This document shows positions 22,879 to 31,623 of a stretch of 33,393 bases of DNA, piece after piece (position 1 is the stretch's first letter; each line of letters starts with the position of its first letter). Position numbers and translations under genes: made by a program. The notes beneath the pieces are model-generated. The model was not told the DNA's origin. It saw nothing but the letters and a program-made list of their open reading frames with translations, and did not search any database. The DNA is from a virus (Duplodnaviria > Heunggongvirae > Uroviricota > Caudoviricetes), in IMG/VR virus record IMGVR_UViG_3300028833_000069; one strand, given 5' to 3'.

Positions 22879-24285
22879 TTAGTTCTCAAAGATAATAACA
22901 CTTCTGTATGGGTTGAAGACACCCAGACCTGCATAACCACTGACAGTCAACTTAGCACCAGCAACAGGGCTAGCAGCAGGACCATCCTTGAATGCAACAC
23001 CAGTTACATCATTAGAGATGAACTCTTTACCCTTGATAGTAAATCCTTGCATTGCAGGACTACCAGTAGTAGCATCAGCAGTCAGGTCAATCAGAACACC
23101 ATAACCCTTATCTTCCCACTCTGCATCAAGAGCCTTGTCAGTCTTGAAGATGAGAGTATTACCCATGTAAGAGTAACCTACAAATTCAGCACCAACAGTA
23201 ATCTTGTTACCAGCGGCTTTAGAGTAAATATAGGTGTTATCTGCCTGGAATTGCTGCAACCACAAGAGTAATGTGTCTTGGATGTCAGCATACATCTTAG
23301 TGTTTACAATAAATGTCCAAGTGTTACCAGTGGACTTTTTGCATTTCTGACCCAGAATCTGAATCATTCTCTTAAACAGAGCAACAGAGAAGTTACCATT
23401 GTAACCAATCTTAGTTGCAAATCTGTTAATTTGAGCCATCAGACCATCACCTGCAATCAGAGGTCTACCTTCTCTGTCAAACAGAGTGCACTTACCATTA
23501 GCATCCATAGTGGATTTCTGCCACATAAGAGACTCATTCTTTGCATGAGTAAAGTTCTCAAGCAAGAGTTTCTTTTTGTCATCCAACTTATAGATTCTAG
23601 TCTGTAAGTTATGCTCATCAGTACCAGCTGCAATCTTGATAAACATATCCTCAAGAGCATCATATCTCGAAGAGTAGTTAATATCATTTCTGTGCTCAGT
23701 AATGTAGTTTCTCTGTTTCTCTACATTAGAGGTATACTTGGTGAAGCCCATTTCATGGAACTCTGGCATGATGTTACCAATCCATCTTGTCTTCATACCT
23801 ACTTGGCAGTAAGCTGTATCAAGAACTTGTGCACCATCATTAGTCACCAATTTAACTTGATAGTTCCAGTAATCATCAGCTCTCCTTACAGGAGCATCAA
23901 CTACCAGACACATCTGATGAGAACCATCAATTTTGAAGGTATCATAAGTTTCATACCATCTCTCTTTGAAGGCCATTGTAATTTCAGAGCCATACTGTCC
24001 ATCACCTACAGGAACTGCTGCAAAGGCAATTTTCTTAATTTGCTCTGTTTCTACAGCCCACTCAAAAGCCATACTATTGATAGCCTGGAACTTGTTACCA
24101 AGTTTTTCCTCATTGTACATAATATTACCAAGACCCTCAGTGAGGAAGGTAATAGTGTAATCTGGATTCATTCTGGATACAATACCAAGTCTTGCGGGCT
24201 GATTACCAAGGAATTTGTAGAAATCCTCAGCAGTTCTATCTGCTGAAATCTCTGCCTTGTTTGTTGTAAATTGCGCTACAATCAT
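22879..24285 (-). CDS. Major capsid protein, crAss-like (HK97 fold)
   Basis: 468 aa with motifs characteristic of crAss MCPs: YTITFLTEGL, F.ERWY, Y.VKLV, PEFHEMG.TKY.SN.EK.RNYIT.HR, GRPLIAGDGLMAQI, VGAEF..Y...GN.L.F and G..VFNPYRS. Followed by a terminator. Confidence 0.88.
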   Translation of the reverse strand: MIVAQFTTNKAEISADRTAEDFYKFLGNQPARLGIVSRMNPDYTITFLTEGLGNIMYNEEKLGNKFQAINSMAFEWAVETEQIKKIAFAAVPVGDGQYGSEITMAFKERWYETYDTFKIDGSHQMCLVVDAPVRRADDYWNYQVKLVTNDGAQVLDTAYCQVGMKTRWIGNIMPEFHEMGFTKYTSNVEKQRNYITEHRNDINYSSRYDALEDMFIKIAAGTDEHNLQTRIYKLDDKKKLLLENFTHAKNESLMWQKSTMDANGKCTLFDREGRPLIAGDGLMAQINRFATKIGYNGNFSVALFKRMIQILGQKCKKSTGNTWTFIVNTKMYADIQDTLLLWLQQFQADNTYIYSKAAGNKITVGAEFVGYSYMGNTLIFKTDKALDAEWEDKGYGVLIDLTADATTGSPAMQGFTIKGKEFISNDVTGVAFKDGPAASPVAGAKLTVSGYAGLGVFNPYRSVIIFEN

Positions 24286-24297
24286 GAATTAAATATA

Positions 24298-25404
24298 TTA
24301 TGAGATTAAACCTAATGCTCTCAATTCTGCCTCCTGTTGAAGCTTAGATAATTCAGCTTGTGTTTTAGGAGGTGTTGTTGGAGTACTTTTTGGGGTTTCA
24401 ACAGGGGGTTTCTTCTCAGAAGGTTTAGGTTGCCCCTGTTTTTTAGCTTCAGCCATGAGATATTTAACCATATCATTCATAGCCTCTTCTCCATGTGTCA
24501 TTAACCAAGCAATTTTAATTTGTTTCTTGACATCTTGCATGTCCTCTTGGAACTGTGAAAGACCTTTATCATTAGTTTGAAGATAATATGCCATAGCATC
24601 ATTTCTATCTTCATCAGTGAGTACAGCACCAAAGATGTCTGTAGTCTCACCAGCTGCTTGGTTTAATGCTTCAACATATCTTTTTGTCTCAGCCTACATC
24701 TTTTCTTCATTTGCCTTGGTCTGCATCTCTCTGTAGGAACTCTCTTCCTCAAGCATAACCTTTCTCAAGGCATCTGCTTTTTGTTTGAACAGATCTTCAT
24801 TTTCTTTCTCTTTATCTACAAGAGCTTGATACTGTTCATCAGTTAGAGCATCCTTATATCTACTTTTATAATCATTAAGAACTAACTCTTCATCACTCAT
24901 ATCTTTAATAGATACATATTCAGCAGAGTTATTTCTTTTGTATTCTTCAATAGCAGCATCTACATTACTTTGGATAAGCTGTTGTAAGTTAATGCCTTTA
25001 GTTCTTAAAAGATTAACTGTGTTAAGTTCATCCTCAGTTAAATCAGATCCTCTCTCTTGTGAAAGAATACTTAATTTATCTTCTTCTGTTAAATCATCAA
25101 AACTAGCTTCCTCATAAGCTCCTTTATCGTTGATGAAATATACTTTCTTATCCTTAAAACCTTTTAACTCCAACAGTTTGTCAATTAAACTTGGATCTGT
25201 TGTAGGTTCAGCAGGAGGTTCTGGTCCTGGCTCAGTTGGTGGCACAGGAGGAACTGGTTCCTGAGGAGGTTCTGGACTAGCTGGACTAGGTTCAGCAGGA
25301 GGTGGAGTCTGTGGCTGCACAGGCTCTTGTGGTGGCTCTTGAGGAGTATTTCCCCAATCAGCCAATAAGTCTTGTTCAAGACTTGGGTCAACAAAAAAAT
25401 CCAT
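24298..25404 (-). CDS. Putative capsid scaffolding/assembly protein (368 aa with TAG=Gln)
   Basis: ORFs 24694..25404 and 24298..24594 join through TAG at 24694. Acidic, with a Pro-rich N-terminus and helical core; lies directly upstream of the MCP. Confidence 0.65.
25200..25345 (-). repeat. Pro/Glu/Gln-rich low-complexity coding repeat (PQEP/PAEP)
   Basis: TPQEPPQEPVQPQTPPPAEPSPASPEPPQEPVPPVPPTEPGPEPPAEPTT. Confidence 0.8.
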
Positions 25405-25441
25405 AAAACTTATATATCATTTAGATTAACATCAATTGTGG

Positions 25442-25527
25442 GTGCAAAATTACTACATTTTTAAGCAATAAAAAACCCAGAATTAAAAAAAGTGATTTAA
25501 GCTTCTCATTTAACAATGAGCTTCCCA
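25442..25527 (-). promoter_or_regulatory. Bacteroidota-type promoter for the scaffold/MCP operon with a conserved upstream motif
   Basis: Minus strand TAATTTTG at 25445-25452, GGTTTTTT near -33, AAATGAGAAGCTTAAATCA at 25493-25511, and a partial second copy (plus strand AGCTTCCCA) at 25519-25527. Confidence 0.7.
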
Positions 25528-25597
25528 ATTTAATTTAAAAGAAGTCTATTGTAAATTTAAAATTTTACACTTTTATATAAATCTTATGAAATTTTGT

Positions 25598-25630
25598 TAT
25601 AAACCCATCCCCTTTTGATGGGGGATGGGT
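25598..25630 (-). terminator. GC-rich hairpin, probable terminator of the DGR/tail fibre transcript
   Basis: ACCCATCCCC (25603-25612) and GGGGATGGGT (25621-25630) form a perfect 10-bp stem 9 nt after the TAA; the U tract is short. Confidence 0.6.
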
Positions 25631-25639
25631 GATAAACTA

Positions 25640-26947
25640 TTAAAGAATTAAAGAAGCACAAACAATTAAATCTTTTTGTTCAGCCTTATCAGAACTATCC
25701 CAATCTGCATAATTAGTAAGACTCTAATCAATATTCCAGGCTTCAGAAGAAATTGCTTGACAAATACTCCAATATGCTCTATTAAATGTTGCATTTAAAT
25801 CTTGTGAATCATAGTGTCTCCAAAGATTGTCAACATTATTAGGTACTTTCAGTATTTTTCTCAATACAAGTTTATGAGCCATAGAAGCAAGCATTAACTC
25901 AGATTCTGTTGGTAAATAAGGTTGCTGAATTATTCCATCTAAAGGTAATTCAATGTTATCACACCATTGTGTAGCTTCAAAAGTACCCCAGTTAAGAACA
26001 AGTGCTTGTGTACCTAAATTACCATTATAATCATTTAAAAATGCTTGTGTTGCTGATTGAACAGGATTACTAACAATATCATTATAATTATGATAGCAAG
26101 GGTTACTTGTTATATTAAGCTTATCATTACTCCAAGGAATATTGACAGTATCTTTTGGTAAAATAACAAAAGATGCATCTTCATCAACAATTAACAATCC
26201 ATCAATATTTGTTACATTTTCTGTAGTAATGTCCCAACTTCTATCTCCAGCCCAAGTATCAATGCTAGGATTATAGAAAATGTTATTCTTAATATAATAG
26301 CAGGTCATTGGCTGTAGTGTATTCAAACTACCATGTGATCCAGCAGCATCTGCATTATCTATATTTTGATAATTGATATTATGATATTTCCAAGAACCTG
26401 CACTAAAACTATAGTTAATAGGTCTATCACTCATGAAATTGTTAGTAATAGGTAGTAAACAAAGTTCAATATCTTGATTTACTTGTTTATATACTTGTCT
26501 TGGAGCTGCACCATATCCATTTTTCTTAGCATATACTTGATATATATCACAAGTAGGAATAGTAATTGTTACTTCTCCATATTCATTTGTAGTATATTCT
26601 TTATGATAATTAGTTGCTTGAGTATCTTGTAAAGATACACCATATTTACTATCAATTGTGTAACAGTCAACAATTACTGTTGCATTTCCAGCAGTTTTTC
26701 TTACCATATAATCCTCATCAGAAGTATCTACAAGTTCATCAATATGGTAAACCTTAATAGTTGCTTTAAATTGATCAATATGTCTATACTTATCAAAATA
26801 AGTAGTCATATCTTCTACATCAACCAATCTATTAGTAGTACCAACAAGACTATATGTTGGATTTTTAATCCCACCTTGTGCTGTTACATCCTAAGTACCA
26901 TGAAGAACAATACCTTTAAGATAATCAAAAAGTTTAATTTTACTCAT
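25640..26947 (-). CDS. Putative receptor-binding protein: Ig/prealbumin-like segment plus C-terminal CLec/DUF1566-like domain (435 aa with TAG=Gln)
   Basis: ATG at 26947, TAGs at 26891 and 25724, TAA at 25640. Contains the TTNEYGEVTI...Y.V.AKKNGY module and C-terminal DYNG..GT, YLPTESEL and YWS......AW motifs. Confidence 0.6.
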
Positions 26948-26980
26948 TTTTGTCTTTTTTAAAATGTTATGCACTACTTA

Positions 26981-28291
26981 TTATATAGAAGGTGTAGGTA
27001 CTTCAAACACAACATCAATGTCTTGTTGAACATTTCTTAAAGCTTCCTCACTTACTGACCAAGCTCCATTATCAGAATAATCATCATAATCAAGAGCAGG
27101 CCATTCTACAGCACTTCCTTTAAATACATTTTTCTTGCAAATAAGATTAGCAGTAGTAATACTATTTTTGTAGAAAGATACTGTAACAATATCTCCTGTA
27201 ATAGCACCTACTGCATTATCAACATAAGTTTTAACAGCTCCTGAAGTTGGTGCTACAGAACTATTATCAATAGTTGTTACAAGACTTCTTTCAACAGCAG
27301 AAACTTGTCCATCTGCCTGAGATACTTGTTCAATGTATTTACCAGTACCTCCTTGCTGTGCTAAATCTAATGCATTAACTTTATTGTCAATATATGTTTT
27401 AACAGCTGTAGATGTAGGCGCAGTATTACCACCAGTAGCTAAATCAGAAGCAAATTCAACTGCAACAGCTGCAACTTGGCCATCAGCTTGACTTACTTTT
27501 TGAATAAACTTACCTGCTTGACCAACTTCTACTAAATCTAGTGCATTTATTTTATTATCTGTATAAGTATTTGCATCTTGTAAAGCCTGTGCAGCAGCAC
27601 CTCTTAAATCCCAAGCACCTTCATCACCAAATTCTGTCCAAGTTCCATTATAAAGAATGTACTCTTTTGTACCAAGCATTACAATATCACCATCCTAATA
27701 GTTAGCAGGATCTGGTAATTCTTGTACAATTCCTCTAAAATGAGTAGCACCTGCAAGAGGAGCAACTGCTTGTGCAACATGGTCATAAACTGCTTTTGCA
27801 GTAGGAGCAATTGTTCCATCAGCAGTTACAGATTGGGCAAACTATTTTTTTGTTGCAGTAACAACACCATCTGTCTCAGAAACAGTTTCTATAAAAGAAC
27901 CTGATTCTCCTACACTTTGCATGTCTAAAGCTTCTATCTTACTTTTGGTATCTGCTTTAGCAGCAGCTTCAGCATCATTTGCCTTATTTTGTGCAAATTC
28001 TTTTGTTGCTATAATTTCTAAGTCTACACCAGCTTGAGTAGCAATAGGGGTCTTCCATTGTCTAACCCCACCCTAATCTAAACCAGCATAAACATACATT
28101 TGGTTATCAGCTATGACATATACAGCCATACCTTCTTCCAATCTGTTTTCAGTAATAGTAGCAAGGTCAGCATAAGTCTAAACACTTCTGTAACCTCCTT
28201 TACCATACTTTGCATCATGAGTAGCATAAATGTCTTCAGTAGTAAAAGGAACTACTGGAGCAGCTACATTTGTACCTTGTATATTTGCCAT
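26981..28291 (-). CDS. Tail fibre-like protein with three ~56-aa repeats (436 aa with TAG=Gln)
   Basis: ATG at 28291 (MANIQGTNVAAPVVPFTTEDIYATH...YGKGG); four TAGs join it to ORF 26981..27679; TAA stop. Confidence 0.7.
27215..27940 (-). repeat. Three imperfect ~56-aa protein repeats, K(I/V)xALD...G.(F/Y)I..VS..DG.V.A...APT..AV
   Basis: Units start at 27940, 27553 and 27382. Confidence 0.8.
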
Positions 28292-28293
28292 AG

Positions 28294-29817
28294 TTATGAA
28301 ATAATTACATTTATTGCAGAACCAGTTTGGATGTCACCACTTCTATAAACATCATATTGTACTTCCAAACCATACTGATTAGTTATTGTTTCAGTTGTCT
28401 TAACCCAACCTGTATAAGATAAACCACCAACAGTAGTTGTTATGTTTCCAAGAGCATGAGGGATTGCATAATAAAAATATTTACCACCAGAACAGTCATA
28501 AGTGATTGTTTTTGCTTTAGAGTTACTAAGTTCTGAACTAGAAATCTCATCAGCATGTAAATCAGGATATTCACTTACACCCCAGAATCTTTTATAACTA
28601 AAATTAACAGAAGCTGTTGCAGAATTAGTATCACTACCAGTTGCTTTTACAACTTTATTATTACTTACAATCAAACCACTCTTAGGAGCACTTAATGTAC
28701 AAGTAAATGTTCTATTACTTGTTATTCCTGCTACTTCAAGTCTATCTGATATGAGAGCATCTTCACCAAATATAAAATTACCAGTTATTGTAGTAGGTGC
28801 TTTCTAATACTCACTTGGAGCATAATATCTAGCAACACCACTGAAATCTATAATAGCTCCTTTCTCAACAGTTAGAGATGTCTAAGTACTAGTAACCACA
28901 TGAGTATTATCTTGTTTTTTAATATCCCATTCAGGACTAATAAAGGGCTAAACTAATAATAAATCACCAACATAGTTACTACCATCTTTGTTCATCTTAG
29001 TATCTAAACTATTATTGATTGCAGTAATCTAGTCGTTAATACCATTTATAGTAGAATCAATATCTTCTTTATTATAATATTCATCTGCTACTTTTTGTAT
29101 CAAGGCTTCAAGATCTTCTTGCTTAGCAATTGTTTCATCAACTGCAATTTCATAACCAATAACTACATTGTTTTGTTTAATCTCAGTTACTGCAATACCC
29201 TCACCTTGTGATATAATGGTCTTTGTTAAACCTTGTAATTGTTCAAGAACCCATTCGGTTGTGGCAAAAATAGAAACATCTGGACCAAGCAAAATCCAGA
29301 CTCTGCCATTCCAGATATATTCATCTGTACCAGCTCTATAAAAATCACCCTTATGCAACTATTCTACAGGAATTGCATCAAGCTCTTCTTTATCTGCTAC
29401 AATTCCACCAAAATGGAAGTAATCATCATATTTGGTTTCATCATTAGTGATTCTTTCACTAAGTGCTTGATCGAGATCATTGATCATTGCTTCTAATCTA
29501 GCAAATTCACCATCTCCACCACTAACTTGATATAGATATATAAGAGATCCTTGTAAAAGTTTACACAAGTGTCCAAGGTCTTCCTTAGTAAGGAATTTAG
29601 CACCATTATCAAATCTAATTACTACTTCAGAAAGTTGTCTAAGTAAATCATCTAAACTTGTTATGTTTGGGTATGGTTCAGAATAAATGTTTTGTGCAGT
29701 TGTCTGCAAAGATTCTAAATCCCTTACTAAATAACTATTAGCTAATGTGTGATCCAAACTTCTGGAAGTACCAATTGGATTTATAAAAATTGGAATTTGT
29801 ACTTGTCCATTATTCAT
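28294..29817 (-). CDS. Tail fibre/structural protein (507 aa with TAG=Gln)
   Basis: Three listed ORFs join through TAGs at 29359, 29029, 28948, 28882 and 28804; TAA at 28294. Contains a GDFY...EYIWNG..W..LG module and a C-terminal beta-rich domain (GKYFYYAIP...Y.VYRS). Confidence 0.7.
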
Positions 29818-29818
29818 G

Positions 29819-31120
29819 TTAGTTGTAATAATAATATTTTTGTTTATTTAATATTGTCGTTGCAAAAGGAAGATATTCATTGTCCCTAACAAGTCTATCT
29901 TTCAATACAGAAGAAGCTGTAATAAATACATAGTCTTCAGATTCTATATCATTATCTAAATAAGCAAATCTTACTACTATTTTTTCTTCTCCTTTAATAG
30001 GCACTACCTCAAACTGTTTAATAGCAATTAACTTACCAATAACATCTGTTATACTAACTCTTTTATCAGTTGGTACACCTAACCAGTTATCATAGCCCTT
30101 CTTTTCAGCTAAAGATTGATACTACATTTTCTTAAATAAATTTATGTTTCTATCACCTTTTATAGATAGCCAAAAACCAATAGACTTGGTTAATTGTAGC
30201 CACCCTAGGTAACTAGCCATCTGTTGTTTAAATGTATGATCGTCAACACCTCTTTTATTAAGTCTAGCTGCTTTTCTTCTTATTTTTATATAAAGGTGTC
30301 TTTGTAATGTCATTTTATTTTCTGTAAATTTACAGCCAACCATTTTAACACCACACTTTACTGGAGCAATTCTAACATTATTTTTAATAGTTAATTTATA
30401 CTCATCAGCAAATTGTTGAAGTTCTTTAAGAAGTTTCTAAGCTTCTTCTTTAGTTGGAATAAACATTATTATATCATCCATATATCTAAAGTAAAACTTA
30501 ATTCCAAGAACTTCTTTAAAATAGTGGTCACATATAGATAAAAATAAATTAGCAAGATACTAGCTACTACCAACACCAATTGCTAAACCTTTTTTGTTTC
30601 TATCTATTAACTTTTCAAAATATCTTATTATTCTTTTATCTTTAAATACTTTTCTGACAATTTCTTTCATCTTTTCATGGTCAATAGACTCATAAAAATG
30701 TCTGAAATCTGTCTTTAAGTAATACCAATTTTGATGTTTACTTACTACTACAGAAAGTGACTTAGCTAATCTGTGTAAACCTCTATATTGTAAACTACCA
30801 TAAGAACAATAAGGTATTCTATCTAATAATTCCCATTTTACTATTCTTAGTACAGCATGGTCAATTATTTTATCTGGATAAAGCTTTGGGGCATGTATAT
30901 CTCTTTCTTTAGGTTCATAAACTTTAAATGAAAACAAAGGACTTAAAGTATATGTTTCATTTTTTAAGTTTGTATATATTTCTTCAATTATTTCATCATG
31001 CTTTTCCCAAGCAGCTTTAACAGCTTTCTTGTTTTTACAAACTCTCAATGCTTCTTTAAAAGCATTTTCCAAGTTCATTTTGTCATAAACTTGTTCCCAA
31101 GTAACTTTGGACTTCTTCAT
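29819..31120 (-). CDS. DGR reverse transcriptase with a fused ~100-aa C-terminal domain (433 aa with TAG=Gln)
   Basis: RT motifs FKVYEPKERDI, PDKIIDHA, YYLKTDFRHFYESIDH, GLAIGVGSS[Q]YLANLFL (DGR-type SQ), YFRYMDD (YMDD at 30473-30484) and SYLGW. TAGs at 30560, 30437 and 30122; the first TAA is at 29819. Confidence 0.9.
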
Positions 31121-31149
31121 ATCCAGTCCTGTTAACAAGTCATCTTCAG

Positions 31150-31347
31150 CATTAGCTTACCAACACCTTGTCGTTATACTGTGTTTTGTTGTTAAACAAC
31201 AAGGTCTAGCCAGGTTTGGTGCTATGTACACCTTAATTATAAGAACTGTTTGGAGGCAAACCCATTCACATTGTTAGCATTGTTAACATTGTTAGCATTG
31301 TTAGCACGCCCCAAGCCATAGAGGGAAAGCCTGACCTGGCTAGACCT
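31150..31347 (-). ncRNA. DGR template RNA (TR plus structured flanks/spacer)
   Basis: Intergenic region upstream of the RT. Holds the AAY-rich TR, a perfect 14-bp inverted repeat (31202-31215 / 31334-31347) and an 11-bp stem (31165-31175 / 31195-31205). Boundaries are approximate. Confidence 0.7.
31251..31330 (-). repeat. DGR template repeat (TR)
   Basis: Minus strand ...CGT GCT AAC AAT GCT AAC AAT GTT AAC AAT GCT AAC AAT GTG AAT GGG TTT GCC TCC A. Positions 31251-31290 align without gaps to 33354-33393 with 10 mismatches, all at TR adenines. The 5' boundary is uncertain because the VR is cut by the window edge. Confidence 0.92.
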
Positions 31348-31355
31348 ATATATAT

Positions 31356-31622
31356 TTATTTTCTAATTATCTTAAAATAGGTATTTGTTATTGAACCAGC
31401 ACCACCTTCACTACCAGGAGTACCTGTAGTTGGATAGGGAGCTTCTTTCAATGAGATACCTCTAACATTTATATTGGAAACAGCTTCTGGCCCATTTAAG
31501 AATTGGAAGTAACTCAGAGATAAACCCCTCAACACTTCCTCAATAGGACTGTGAGCTTCTTCACCTTCAAGAAACTAAAAGTAACTTAAAGATATTCCTC
31601 TCAAGAGTACATCACTATCCAT
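31356..31622 (-). CDS. Small hypothetical protein with an internal repeat (88 aa with TAG=Gln)
   Basis: MDSDVLLRGISLSYF[TAG]FLEGEEAHSPIEEVLRGLSLSYFQFLNGPEAVSNINVRGISLKEAPYPTTGTPGSEGGAGSITNTYFKIIRK-TAA. The ATG is 1 nt after the target gene stop. Not in the ORF track. Confidence 0.75.
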
Positions 31623-31623
31623 A

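Noticed and set aside
576-25394. Short nested minus-strand ORFs (576..764, 11364..11621, 12489..12728, 15548..15730, 23457..23687, 25185..25394)
   Set aside because: They are alternative-frame ORFs inside long genes, with no independent support.
29819-31138. RT and other TAG-split ORFs as pseudogenes
   Set aside because: All interruptions are TAG, never TAA, TGA or a frameshift, and they also occur in essential structural genes. Recoding explains this better.
31268-31306. 9-bp tandem repeat (CATTGTTAG-like) as a microsatellite or mini-CRISPR
   Set aside because: There are no spacers or cas genes. It is the AAY-rich part of the DGR TR and aligns to the VR.
29819-31347. RT as a retron, group II intron or Abi RT
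   Set aside because: The SQ motif, size and adenine-specific TR/VR pair indicate a DGR. I see no VTG retron motif, no maturase or endonuclease domain and no interrupted host gene.
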